From NCBI GenBank assembly GCA_963817525.1, contig CAWFOU010000001.1, positions 672,001 to 736,000 of the forward strand: 64,000 bases of DNA, read 5' to 3'. The notes under the pieces were generated by a model. That model saw nothing but the letters and a program-made list of their open reading frames with translations. It did not search any database and had not been told where the DNA came from. Shown in pieces: positions 1 through 8,826 of the stretch. Within the stretch, counting starts at the first letter, position 1, and the number at the start of each line of letters is the position of its first letter. A program made the position numbers and the translations under genes. Source of the stretch: an uncultured archaeon. GTDB taxonomy: Archaea; Thermoproteota; Nitrososphaeria; Nitrososphaerales; Gagatemarchaeaceae.

Positions 1-556
1 GGAGATCCTCGCGACGAAGCAGAAGAAGAAGATACGCATGATACAGGCAGAGCAGAGGCCCGACTACGTCTACGACCTGAAGGAGCTCGAGGGGGCGCTG
101 CTCCTACAGGAGGCGGTGGACTACCGGAAGAAGCTCGAGAGGAGCAAGCTCACCTTCCCGACGGAGGTCAAGCCCGACGCGGCCACCGTGGACAAGCTGC
201 TCGCCACTTGGGAGGTGGTGAGGAGGGTCCAGTCGAACGGGATAGTCATCGCGAACGGGTCCCACGACGGGAGCGGGCGCCTCGGCGAGTTCTGGACCCT
301 CGGGGTGGCGAGCTTCAGGAAGCGGAGCGGGGCGGTCAAGATAGCGCTCGACAACGCGGGGGCGAGGGCTAAGGGCGCCGTCTGCGCCTCCGACGGGTTC
401 TTCCCGTTCAGGGACAACGTCGACCTGCTCGGCAGGGCGGGCGTCGCAGCCGCGGTCCAGCCGGGGGGCTCGATAAGCGACCACGAGGTGGTCAAGGCCG
501 CCGACGAGTACGGGATGGCGATGGCCATGACCCACACGAGGGCCTTCAAGCACTAG
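1..556 (+). CDS. purH: AICAR transformylase/IMP cyclohydrolase, C-terminal part (5' end outside window)
   Basis: Motifs VQSNGIV, ASDGFFPFRD, QPGGSISD and terminal RAFKH match the PurH C-terminus. Confidence 0.88.
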   Translation, partial: EILATKQKKKIRMIQAEQRPDYVYDLKELEGALLLQEAVDYRKKLERSKLTFPTEVKPDAATVDKLLATWEVVRRVQSNGIVIANGSHDGSGRLGEFWTLGVASFRKRSGAVKIALDNAGARAKGAVCASDGFFPFRDNVDLLGRAGVAAAVQPGGSISDHEVVKAADEYGMAMAMTHTRAFKH

Positions 557-610
557 AAACGGCGTCATCTCTTAAATTCCGGAGCGCGCCACCAGGCGGC
601 CGGAAAGCGC

Positions 611-1288
611 ATGCCCTCCTTAGCCCCGGCCATTCGACTATCGGGCCTTCTGGCCCTGGTCTTGATCCTGTCGCAGGTATCTGTACCTGCGCTGGCGCAG
701 ACCTACGCTGTCACCCTCCAGACCAACTCGCCCTCCTATTCCGGGGTCGGGCCGATCAAGATAACAGGTCAGGTCTCGCCCGCACCTGGGCCCGACACCG
801 CTGTCGTGATAACGATAGACAATCCGGCGCGGAGCGTGGCGGAGATCACCGAGGTTGTGCCGAACCCGACAACTGGGAGCTTCAGCTACACCGCCCATCC
901 GGGCGGAAACGCGGCGTGGACGACCGGGACTTTCACGGTCAACGCCACTTGGGGCGGCGCCGGCGAGACCGCGACGCAGGTGGCGACCTTTGCGTACACC
1001 GCGAGCACGGCGAGCACGGCGAGCACGAGCAGCAGCTCGAGCTCCACCTCGACCACGAGCACGACCAGCAGCGCTCCCAGGAGCTCCAGCATCTCCAGCT
1101 CGTCCAGCACAAGCACGACCTCGAAAGCAACGCCCGCGCCCGAGTTCCCGGCGAGCGCCCTCGCGCTGGTGGCCCTGGTCGGAGTGGCGGTGGTGGCGGC
1201 GCTCTCGAGAAGGATCGCAGCCCAGTCACCAAGCGGTTCAGGTCGCTCCGGCCGCTCGCGCGGTGCAAATACCGTGAAGACGGATTAA
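611..1288 (+). CDS. Secreted Ser/Thr-rich surface protein with PEF-CTERM-like sorting signal
   Basis: Signal peptide ending in ALA; Ig-like segment; S/T linker; PEFP + hydrophobic helix + RR. Confidence 0.75.
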   Translation: MPSLAPAIRLSGLLALVLILSQVSVPALAQTYAVTLQTNSPSYSGVGPIKITGQVSPAPGPDTAVVITIDNPARSVAEITEVVPNPTTGSFSYTAHPGGNAAWTTGTFTVNATWGGAGETATQVATFAYTASTASTASTSSSSSSTSTTSTTSSAPRSSSISSSSSTSTTSKATPAPEFPASALALVALVGVAVVAALSRRIAAQSPSGSGRSGRSRGANTVKTD

Positions 1289-1331
1289 ATAGGACTCGGC
1301 TTCGGGCGAGCCCTGCAACAGCGATTTCACA

Positions 1332-2486
1332 ATGAAACCAGAACAATTGATGCGGATGCCGGTGACCGAGCTTCTATCCGACGTAGAGATATTCCCGTCG
1401 ACCGCGAGCGTCTCGAAGGTGATCGGCTACCTCAACGAGTCGCCGCTGAGAGAGGCCTTCGTGGACGGGGGCGACGCTGCCACCTACATAGTCGGGGTCT
1501 GGGACCTCTTGAACGTTAACACCCTCGAGACCAAGCTCTCGACGCTGATGCGCCAGGTGCACCGCCTCGGCCCTAACAACACGGTGAGCGACGCGGCCTC
1601 GCTGATGCGCGAGCTGAGGACGCGCTCGATGCCGATCTACAAGGAGAGGAAGCTCATCGGCCAGATCACCTCCCCCTCCATAGTCGGCAAGCTGCTGGAC
1701 TCCGACACCCCCGGGAAGATCTCGTCGATAATGACCCCGAACCCCGTCTCCATGGACGTCTCGGACCCCGTCTCCAAGGGGAGGGAGGCCATGCAAAAGA
1801 AGAAGGTCGACCAGCTGCCGGTCAGCAAGAAGGGAGCGCTCTACGGGATACTCACCGCCGAGGAGGTGGTCTTCAACCTGATGCCCAAGGCCATCAAGGA
1901 CACGAAGGGTGCCGGCGAGACCGGAAGATACGGCGAGCCGCTCGGCACCTTCGCGAACACGGACGCCGTGACGAACGAGATCACCAGCTCGCTCCGAGAC
2001 GTGTATCAGAACATGTCCAAGAAGGGCTCGAACTACTCGGTCATATTGAGCATGGGCGAGATCCAGGGGATAGTCACGTACCGAGACTTCCTGACGGTGC
2101 TCGAGAGGAAGGGCGCAGCGAGTTCGATCCCCATGTACATCGTCGGGCTCCCGGACGACCCCTTCGAGGCCGAGACCGCCAGGAAGAAGTTCCAGGGTGC
2201 GGTCGAGCTCCTCCGCAGGAGCGTCCCCGACATATCGGAGGCGAGGGCGGTCATCAAGATGGGCGAGACAAAGTCTCCGAAGAAGAAGTACGAGGTGAAG
2301 GTCTTCCTCGTCCACCCCAGGGAGCACTACTCCTACAGCGTGCGCTCGTTCGAGCTAGCCGACGCCTTCGACGAGGTGAACAACTGGGTCAAGGAGATCG
2401 TGCAGCGCTCCAGGCCTAGGAAGCAGAGGACGCCCAACGCACGCTCCTATCCGGACGACTGGCGGCCCGAGACCGCCCCCGGCTAG
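1332..2486 (+). CDS. Tandem CBS-domain protein with C-terminal HPF/RaiA-like domain (candidate ribosome hibernation factor)
   Basis: CBS repeats (IMTPNPVS, GIVTYRDF). C-terminal ~95 aa (MYIVGL...YEVKVFL...ELADAFDEV) resembles the HPF pattern. Confidence 0.65.
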   Translation: MKPEQLMRMPVTELLSDVEIFPSTASVSKVIGYLNESPLREAFVDGGDAATYIVGVWDLLNVNTLETKLSTLMRQVHRLGPNNTVSDAASLMRELRTRSMPIYKERKLIGQITSPSIVGKLLDSDTPGKISSIMTPNPVSMDVSDPVSKGREAMQKKKVDQLPVSKKGALYGILTAEEVVFNLMPKAIKDTKGAGETGRYGEPLGTFANTDAVTNEITSSLRDVYQNMSKKGSNYSVILSMGEIQGIVTYRDFLTVLERKGAASSIPMYIVGLPDDPFEAETARKKFQGAVELLRRSVPDISEARAVIKMGETKSPKKKYEVKVFLVHPREHYSYSVRSFELADAFDEVNNWVKEIVQRSRPRKQRTPNARSYPDDWRPETAPG

Positions 2487-2543
2487 AAGCCACGGGGGAC
2501 CGAGTACCCGTCCAAGGCGCACTACGGAAATATAAGATGTTAC

Positions 2544-3512
2544 ATGGTCAGCGCGGGCAAAGTGACTCGAACGTCTGCCAAGGCGGGGATGGCGGGGCGG
2601 TCCCTGCTGTCGGTCTCAGACCTCTCCGCGCGCGAGCTGTCGGCCATGCTGGACCGGATGAAGTCCCTGAAGCCGGCGATCAAGAGGCGAGAGCCGCTGT
2701 CGGACCTCCGCGGCAAGGCCGTAGGGATGCTCTTTGAGAAGCCCTCCACCAGGACAAGGACGAGCTTCGAGGTGGCGACGGTGAGGTTGGGCGGGTTCCC
2801 CGTCTATCTGGCGTCCGAGGAGCTGCAGACGAGCCGAGGGGAGCCCGTCAAGGACACGGCGAGGGTGCTCGGTAGCTACCTCGACGTCATAGTGGGCAGG
2901 GTGTTCTCGCACGAGACCCTTGCCACGATGGCCGAGTTCTCGGGCGTGCCGGTCCTCAACGGCCTCAGCGACCTAGAGCACCCCACGCAGGTGATCTCCG
3001 ACCTCTTCACCATCAGCGAGAGCAAGGGGAAGCTGAAGGGGCTGACCCTCTCCTTCATCGGGGACGGCGACAACGTCTGCAACTCCCTGCTGCTGGGGGC
3101 GTCCCTCATGGGGATGAACGCGGTAGCGGCGTGTCCCAACGGCTACTCGCCGAACCCTGACATACTCCGCAGGGCAGAGGAGAACGCCAAGGAGTCTGGG
3201 TCGACCGTGAGGGTGGTCGACGACCCCAAGGAGGCGGCGGTAGACTCGGACGTGCTCTACACCGACGTCTGGGTGAGCATGGGGGAGGAGAACGAGAGGG
3301 CCAGGCGCATGCGCGCCTTCCGCGGGTTCCAGATAAACTCGGAGATCCTGAAGCTCGCCTCCAGGAACGCGATAGTTATGCACTGCCTGCCCGCGCACCG
3401 GGGGCTGGAGATAACCGACGAGGTCATCGAGGGGAAGCAGTCCGTCGTGTGGAGGCAGGCCGAGAACAAGCTCTACGGCGCGGCAGCGGCCCTTGACTTT
3501 GTGACCGGGTGA
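2544..3512 (+). CDS. argF: Ornithine carbamoyltransferase
   Basis: STRTR, HPTQ, DVWVSMG and HCLP motifs. Confidence 0.96.
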   Translation: MVSAGKVTRTSAKAGMAGRSLLSVSDLSARELSAMLDRMKSLKPAIKRREPLSDLRGKAVGMLFEKPSTRTRTSFEVATVRLGGFPVYLASEELQTSRGEPVKDTARVLGSYLDVIVGRVFSHETLATMAEFSGVPVLNGLSDLEHPTQVISDLFTISESKGKLKGLTLSFIGDGDNVCNSLLLGASLMGMNAVAACPNGYSPNPDILRRAEENAKESGSTVRVVDDPKEAAVDSDVLYTDVWVSMGEENERARRMRAFRGFQINSEILKLASRNAIVMHCLPAHRGLEITDEVIEGKQSVVWRQAENKLYGAAAALDFVTG

Positions 3513-3581
3513 GAGCGCCCGCCATCCCGCGGGTCCGGTGAGAAAGCATATCTATCGTTCGCGATTGGCGGGACTCAATCG

Positions 3582-4391
3582 TTGAAAATCAGGGACGCCC
3601 TGCCCCACGTCTTCAACAGGGCCTATCCGGTCCTGGACCCGAAGATGCCCATGCTGCCCGCCGTCTCCATGCTGCGCTTCCAGGTGATTGACGGCCTCCC
3701 CCTCGTCATCGACGTCACCACCTCGAGGCCGCGGGCCCTCCACGGGTACTCGCTGCTCAAGAGGCTGCTCGCGATCGGCCAGGGGGGGTTCTGGAAGTTC
3801 ATTGAGAGGCCATGCGAGGACGCGGCGCAGAGCATAGGCGTCGTAGGCGCGGACGAGAACCTGGAGCGACTGTTCGAGGTCTTCCTCAAGGAGCGGTTCG
3901 GGTTCGCATGGATAAGCGACACGGAGCGGACGGGGGTCCCCGTCAGCCTCGCGGACGTCCTCGAGCTCTACAAGAACGGGACGCTGGAGAGCGACCTCCA
4001 GGTCAAGGACGTGGCGTCGCCCATCTTCGCCCTCCCCGGGATGACGCCCCTCAGGAAGGCCCTGCTCTTCATGTTCAGCCACAGGTTCAGGCGGGTCTTC
4101 CTCTCGGCGGGGGGTGCGTTCATATCCGACCGCAGCATCATCAGCCACATTTTCAGCCCTGCGGTGCTGCACGACCTCGCCGCCAACCCGGACAACCTGC
4201 TGGAGCTTCCCATCGCTGAGATAGAGAAGAGCAGGCCGCGGAGGGTCCCCGGACGCACAACGCTCAAGGCGGCGGCCAACACCCTCGGAGGGGACATCGG
4301 GCAGTGCCTCACGTCTAGGGGGTCTGTCATCACCCCGTGGGACATCATCATGAAGCCGTGGGTGGCCAAGAAGCTCAGGATAAACAACTGA
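3582..4391 (+). CDS. CBS-domain protein
   Basis: CBS-like repeats (VKDVASP, FRRVFL, VITPWDI); TTG start. Confidence 0.6.
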   Translation: MKIRDALPHVFNRAYPVLDPKMPMLPAVSMLRFQVIDGLPLVIDVTTSRPRALHGYSLLKRLLAIGQGGFWKFIERPCEDAAQSIGVVGADENLERLFEVFLKERFGFAWISDTERTGVPVSLADVLELYKNGTLESDLQVKDVASPIFALPGMTPLRKALLFMFSHRFRRVFLSAGGAFISDRSIISHIFSPAVLHDLAANPDNLLELPIAEIEKSRPRRVPGRTTLKAAANTLGGDIGQCLTSRGSVITPWDIIMKPWVAKKLRINN

Positions 4392-4464
4392 GCGCGGCTT
4401 CGGCTGTGGGGGATTGGAGTCGGCTGGCCCAGATTTGAACCGGAACCGGGGAAGCGAAGAAAGA

Positions 4465-4538
4465 TGGGTCAGGGGAGGTTTGAACTCCCGATTTCCGCCG
4501 TGTGAGAGCGGCGTCCTACCAGGCTAGACCACTGACCC
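4465..4538 (-). tRNA. tRNA-Val(CAC)
   Basis: Minus strand GGGTCAG-TG-GTCTAGCCTGGTAGGAC-G-CCGCT-CTCACAC-GGCGG-AAATC-GGGAG-TTCAAAC-CTCCC-CTGACCC-A folds as a full cloverleaf; TTAAAA box at 4561-4566. Confidence 0.95.
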
Positions 4539-4629
4539 GGCGGCACCGCATGGGCAGCGCTTTTAAGACGAACGGTCGCTGAACTCTTCGATTTCACGCC
4601 AATTTCCTTCGTGGGCATTTTATCCCGGC

Positions 4630-5358
4630 TTGAGTCGGATGGGCGAAGATAAAGCTCCACGAGCTCCACTTATCGTGGCGATTCAGGAGTCAGATGATTT
4701 CGGCCACTACACGGACTGGCCTCAGCTCGCCGGCTACTTTGATGGTGACGGTAGCATAAGCATTCGGAGGACATCTCGAGGAAGACCGTTCACTCTCCTT
4801 CCGGCCTTAGAGTTTACCGACATGTCAAGACGACAAATAAGGATGGTGAAGGAATTCCTGCTTTCACGCGGGATTCGTACCGGTGCCATGACTAATCGAA
4901 CTGGCGCTTGGAGGGTAGAGGTGGGCACAATCGAGGGTGTGACGAGGGCCCTAACTGCCATGGTGCCTTTTCTTTTCAAGAAGAAGACAGAAGCAGGAGC
5001 GACGCTGGATTATCTGGCTGACAAGATAAGCGGCAATGAGTTCCAGAGAATCCTTAGGGCTGCCGTGCGCAGAGGAGATAGGGAGAGAGTCGCACCATTC
5101 ATCGACCTCCCGTGGACGAGAAGTGCGGGCGCCAAGAAGGCCATGGAGCTATCTTGGAAATTCGCCGGAGGTAAGCCCTTGCTCGGGCCGGAAGGCCAAC
5201 TCGAAATCATTCGTCGCTTCGGGGCGGGGCAGAGCCAACGGGGGATTGCAAGGTGTATGGGAATTTCCCGCGGCATGGTACGCCGGACGGTATCCCGACA
5301 TACGGCTCGCAAACCCCCCTCGCCCCGCCGAGTGAGAGCGGCGTCCAAACCAGGCTAG
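4630..5358 (+). CDS. Free-standing single-motif LAGLIDADG endonuclease-like protein with C-terminal HTH
   Basis: LAGYFDGDGSI motif, PFLFKKK segment, HTH-like SQRGIARCMGISRGMVRR; lower GC than flanks. Confidence 0.8.
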   Translation: MSRMGEDKAPRAPLIVAIQESDDFGHYTDWPQLAGYFDGDGSISIRRTSRGRPFTLLPALEFTDMSRRQIRMVKEFLLSRGIRTGAMTNRTGAWRVEVGTIEGVTRALTAMVPFLFKKKTEAGATLDYLADKISGNEFQRILRAAVRRGDRERVAPFIDLPWTRSAGAKKAMELSWKFAGGKPLLGPEGQLEIIRRFGAGQSQRGIARCMGISRGMVRRTVSRHTARKPPSPRRVRAASKPG

Positions 5359-5369
5359 ACGATCGGCCC
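5325..5369 (-). pseudogene. Degenerate 5' fragment of tRNA-Val(CAC), from acceptor 5' strand through anticodon arm
   Basis: GGGCCGATCGTCTAGCCTGGTTTGGACGCCGCTCTCACTCGGCGG aligns with the intact tRNA at 4465-4538; no T arm follows; TTAAAT box at 5396-5401. Confidence 0.8.
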
Positions 5370-5418
5370 AGGGACAGTGCGCGCCTTTCGAGCCGATTTA
5401 AGCTCTGGGTTCACTATT

Positions 5419-5586
5419 TTACTTCTTGAGCCCGACCGACCTGTTCTTCAGCCTCAGGACCGAGGCGTGGCACTTCCGGCACCTCGTTGCCGAGAGCGCG
5501 TTCCTCGCCCCGCAGCGCAGGCAGACCTTGAGGAAGAGCCGCCTCTTCTGGGCGATCTGCTTCTTTGTGACGTCGGCGATCGGCAT
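5419..5586 (-). CDS. rpl40e: 50S ribosomal protein L40e
   Basis: KVCLRCGARN...RCRKC..LRLK zinc-binding motif; start taken at MPIAD. Confidence 0.93.
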   Translation of the reverse strand: MPIADVTKKQIAQKRRLFLKVCLRCGARNALSATRCRKCHASVLRLKNRSVGLKK

Positions 5587-5661
5587 CTCGTGGATTCGTT
5601 CCCAAGCCGTCAAGGACCCGCTTAAGGACTTTTCGAGCCGCGAAGCCCGGACGAGGTCTAC

Positions 5662-6537
5662 TCAGCGCCCCGCGCCCACCAGCACGGGTATCTCCGATGT
5701 CGTCCGGGCGACCCTCGCGCCGGCCCTGCTGAGCGAGGCGACCTTCGACTCGGCGGTCCCATAGTCGCCGTAGATTATCGCCCCTGCGTGGCCCATGTGC
5801 TTCTCCCTGGGAGCCGACCTTCCCGCGATGTAGGCGACCACGGGCTTTGCGAACCCGCTGTCGAGGATGTGCTCCGCCAACCTCTCCTCGGCGTCCCCGC
5901 CTATCTCCCCGACCACGACCACCGACCTCACCTCGTCCATTGTCGCGGCCCAGTCGAGGCACTCCGGTAAGGTCGTACAGTTCACAGGGTCTCCCCCCAC
6001 GCCCAGCGCCACGTGCTGTCCGAGGCCGCTCCTCGAGAGGGCGTCGGCCACCTCGTACATCAGCGTCCCGCTCCGGGAGAAGAGGGCGACCCCGCCCTCC
6101 CGAAAGGAGGGGGCGGGCATTATCCCGAGCTTCAGCTGCTTCGAAGGGACTATCACGCCAGGGGTGTTCGGACCTATCACCCGCGCTCCAGTCTCCTGGC
6201 AGAGGCGAATCATCTTCAAGGTGTCTCGGATGGGGACATGCTCCGTTATCGCGACGAGGAGCCGTACCCCCGCCCCCACCGCTTCCTCGGCGGCCGAAAG
6301 GAGAGTGGGAGCGGGCACGAAGAGCACCGAGGCCCTCGCGCCAGTCCTCTCGACGGCCTCCTTCACCGTGTCGAAGACGGGCACCCCCTCGACGACCATC
6401 CCGCCCTTGCCCGGCGTGACGCCCGCGGCCACCCTTGTGCCGTACTCGCGCATCAGCCCCGCGTGTAGGCTGCCGTACCTGCCGGTGAGACCCTGGACGA
6501 GGACCGGGTCGCCCTCCCCCGGCAGCGCGAAGCTCAA
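5662..6537 (-). CDS. sucD: Succinyl-CoA synthetase alpha subunit
   Basis: QGLTG, GVTPGKGG, GPNTPG, SRSGTL, MGHAGA (phospho-His). Confidence 0.95.
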   Translation of the reverse strand: MSFALPGEGDPVLVQGLTGRYGSLHAGLMREYGTRVAAGVTPGKGGMVVEGVPVFDTVKEAVERTGARASVLFVPAPTLLSAAEEAVGAGVRLLVAITEHVPIRDTLKMIRLCQETGARVIGPNTPGVIVPSKQLKLGIMPAPSFREGGVALFSRSGTLMYEVADALSRSGLGQHVALGVGGDPVNCTTLPECLDWAATMDEVRSVVVVGEIGGDAEERLAEHILDSGFAKPVVAYIAGRSAPREKHMGHAGAIIYGDYGTAESKVASLSRAGARVARTTSEIPVLVGAGR

Positions 6538-7643
6538 ACTGGCGCCCCCTCCACCGCAGCGACCACGGCCTCTTGGGCCGTCCGGAAGACCTTGATCCCG
6601 GACCCCTCGAGCAGCGCGTGGGCTTCGGCCTCCTCCGCGCCGCTTATCCTGGCGAAGACGGGCGCCATGAGCCGCTCGGAGACGACCTCCTTCAGCCCCT
6701 CGGCGACGTCGGTGGTGCGTGTTATCCCCCCGAATATGTTGACAAGGATGGCGCTGGCCGTCGGGAGCCCGCGCACCAGCCTCAGGGCCGCCTCCACCCT
6801 CTCGCGCTGCGCGCCTCCCCCCAGGTCTAGGAAGCAGGCGGCCCTCCCGCCGGCGTCAGCCACTAGGTCGAGGGTCGAGAGCACGAGCCCAGCCCCGTTC
6901 CCCACGACCGCGACATTCCCGTCGAGCTTGACAAAGGCGAATCCCATCTTGGCGGCCTCCCCCTCGAGGGGGTCCTCCGGGGGGAGCTGAGAGAACTCCG
7001 GGTGGCGGAAGAGCGCATTGTCGTCGAGGACGACCTTCGAGTCCAGCGCGATGAGGCTTCCGTCGGCGTGCACGGCGAGGGGGTTGATCTCAGCGAGCTC
7101 GCACTCCTCCTCGCGGGACAGCCTCTCGAGCTTGAGGAGTATAGAGCGGAACTCCAAAGAGGTCCTGCCTTGGAGGCCGAGCTTAGCGCCCAGAGCCGAG
7201 GCCCCGTCCTCCGTGAGGCCTTCGAGGGGGATGGGCACCTCAACCGTCGCCCCCCTGGACTGGGCTTCAACCTCGGTCCCGCCGGCCTTCGACCCGAGGG
7301 CGACGAACTCGCGGCGGCCCCGATTCAGGGAGACGGAGAGATACATCTCCTCCACGTGGTCCGAGGGCTCCTCCACAAGGAGTGCCCCCGTGGGCTCGCC
7401 GCCGATATTCAACCCGAGGATCCGCTTCGCTTCGCTCCTCGCCTCGTCCAGCGTCCTGACGATGACGACGCCGCCGGCCTTGCCCCTCCCCCCTGAGAGG
7501 ACTTGCGCCTTGATGACGGTCGGGAGCCCCAGCTCCGCCGCGGCCGACGCCGCCCCAGACTCATCGTGGACGAGCTTGGAGCGGGGGACGGGGATGCCGT
7601 ACTTCGAGAAGAGTTCCTTGCCCTCGTACTCGAAGAGCCTCAT
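6534..7643 (-). CDS. sucC: Succinyl-CoA synthetase beta subunit
   Basis: LFEYEGK, KAQV..GGRGKAGGV, EINPL, GNGAGL, NIFGGI. Confidence 0.95.
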   Translation of the reverse strand: MRLFEYEGKELFSKYGIPVPRSKLVHDESGAASAAAELGLPTVIKAQVLSGGRGKAGGVVIVRTLDEARSEAKRILGLNIGGEPTGALLVEEPSDHVEEMYLSVSLNRGRREFVALGSKAGGTEVEAQSRGATVEVPIPLEGLTEDGASALGAKLGLQGRTSLEFRSILLKLERLSREEECELAEINPLAVHADGSLIALDSKVVLDDNALFRHPEFSQLPPEDPLEGEAAKMGFAFVKLDGNVAVVGNGAGLVLSTLDLVADAGGRAACFLDLGGGAQRERVEAALRLVRGLPTASAILVNIFGGITRTTDVAEGLKEVVSERLMAPVFARISGAEEAEAHALLEGSGIKVFRTAQEAVVAAVEGAPV

Positions 7644-7819
7644 GACCGGTCCGGCACGAAGGAGCGATCTCGGATAAACCTAGCCCCGACTCACCTCTTC
7701 AGCTCCGACCACCCGCATGCCGTTTTCGACGCGTTTAGTATTTCTGCGCCCATCTACTATAGAGACGACAATACCGACATTTTTATATCAGCGAGAAGAG
7801 TGGTTTTCTGAAGCTGGTC

Positions 7820-8350
7820 TTGCCACTCAGGATACCGATATGCGCCTTCGATGCGAAGACGGGTATCCTCTGCGCCAAATGTCAGGCGAAGCTCAGCTCG
7901 GGCCAGATATCGAACTCCGACATCGTCGTCTCAAAGGCGCTGGTCAAGCTCGCAGAGTCGACCTCTGAGCTGAACAAGGCGGGCCTCCTGAGGTCCTACG
8001 AGGTCGAGGGTAACTACGTCCTTGAGATGGAGCAGGCGGACGCGGCATTGGTGAGGTCCAAGCCCGAGATAAAGCAGAAGCTCGAGGACATGCTAAAGGG
8101 CAAGGTCTGGGTGATTGGGACGTCCAACTCCGACAGGCGCTTTCTCGAGGAGCTGTTCTACCCCATCCGGATCCTTACGGTGAACACGGTCTGGCTGCCC
8201 GACGGGAGCAAGCTCACGAAGGTGATAATCCCGGGAAGGAGGCCGGAGAGGCTCCGCGGGGAGATAGAGGTCCTCAAGAAGATAGTGAAGCAAGTGAAGG
8301 GCATAGAGCTCCTCGTCGAGTCCGAGCGAGAAGCCACGCTCAGGATGTAG
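7820..8350 (+). CDS. Archaeal NusA-like transcription factor (Zn-binding N-terminus, KH-like)
   Basis: PICAFDAKTGILCAKC N-terminus and VNTVWLPDGS motif typical of the archaeal NusA paralogue. Confidence 0.75.
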   Translation: MPLRIPICAFDAKTGILCAKCQAKLSSGQISNSDIVVSKALVKLAESTSELNKAGLLRSYEVEGNYVLEMEQADAALVRSKPEIKQKLEDMLKGKVWVIGTSNSDRRFLEELFYPIRILTVNTVWLPDGSKLTKVIIPGRRPERLRGEIEVLKKIVKQVKGIELLVESEREATLRM

Positions 8351-8425
8351 GCGGGACTCTCCGGGAATCGAGCACACGCGACGCCGGCAGAGAGCGGGCC
8401 AAGATTTAGAAACCGCGCCAGTCTG

Positions 8426-8785
8426 ATGCAGGTTGTGGAGTTCAGGCGAGACGAGGGGGATGGCGGCGCCGCGCAGCGGTGGATCGATGACAACCTGCCG
8501 AGGTGCCCGTTGTGCAAGACGCAGTCACTATGGGAGTTTGCAGAGGAGGTGGACCAGCAGGCCCTGACGAGGTGGGTGTTCAGGTGCCCCAACTGCAAGG
8601 GGGTGCTGTCCGTCATCCCCGACTCGAACGCTTCGGCGCGTTCCTTCCCGGTCCCCGCCGTGAAGGTGGCAGTCACCAAGGACGTCCGCATCGAGAGCGT
8701 CGAGAGGAAGGAGGACGAAGACTTCGTGGGGCAGGAGTTCCCGCTGGCCGAGCTGCAGGAGTGGGCCAGCGAGGACGAGAGCTAG
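8426..8785 (+). CDS. Hypothetical zinc-ribbon protein
   Basis: CPLC...CPNC pairs; upstream TTTAGAAA box. Confidence 0.6.
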   Translation: MQVVEFRRDEGDGGAAQRWIDDNLPRCPLCKTQSLWEFAEEVDQQALTRWVFRCPNCKGVLSVIPDSNASARSFPVPAVKVAVTKDVRIESVERKEDEDFVGQEFPLAELQEWASEDES

Positions 8786-8826
8786 GACAGACCCGTCTAG
8801 CCTGCCAGAATCGCTCATGGTCGCGG

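Noticed and set aside
1000-1125. GAGCAC/TCGAGC-type short tandem repeats (also ~29350-29420)
   Set aside because: They simply encode Ser/Thr linkers of surface proteins
4420-5369. Split or giant-intron tRNA-Val made of the 5325-5369 and 4420-4444 pieces
   Set aside because: The acceptor strands pair poorly, position 37 is a pyrimidine, flank complementarity is mostly G-U, no clear BHB is present and the endonuclease ORF is antisense
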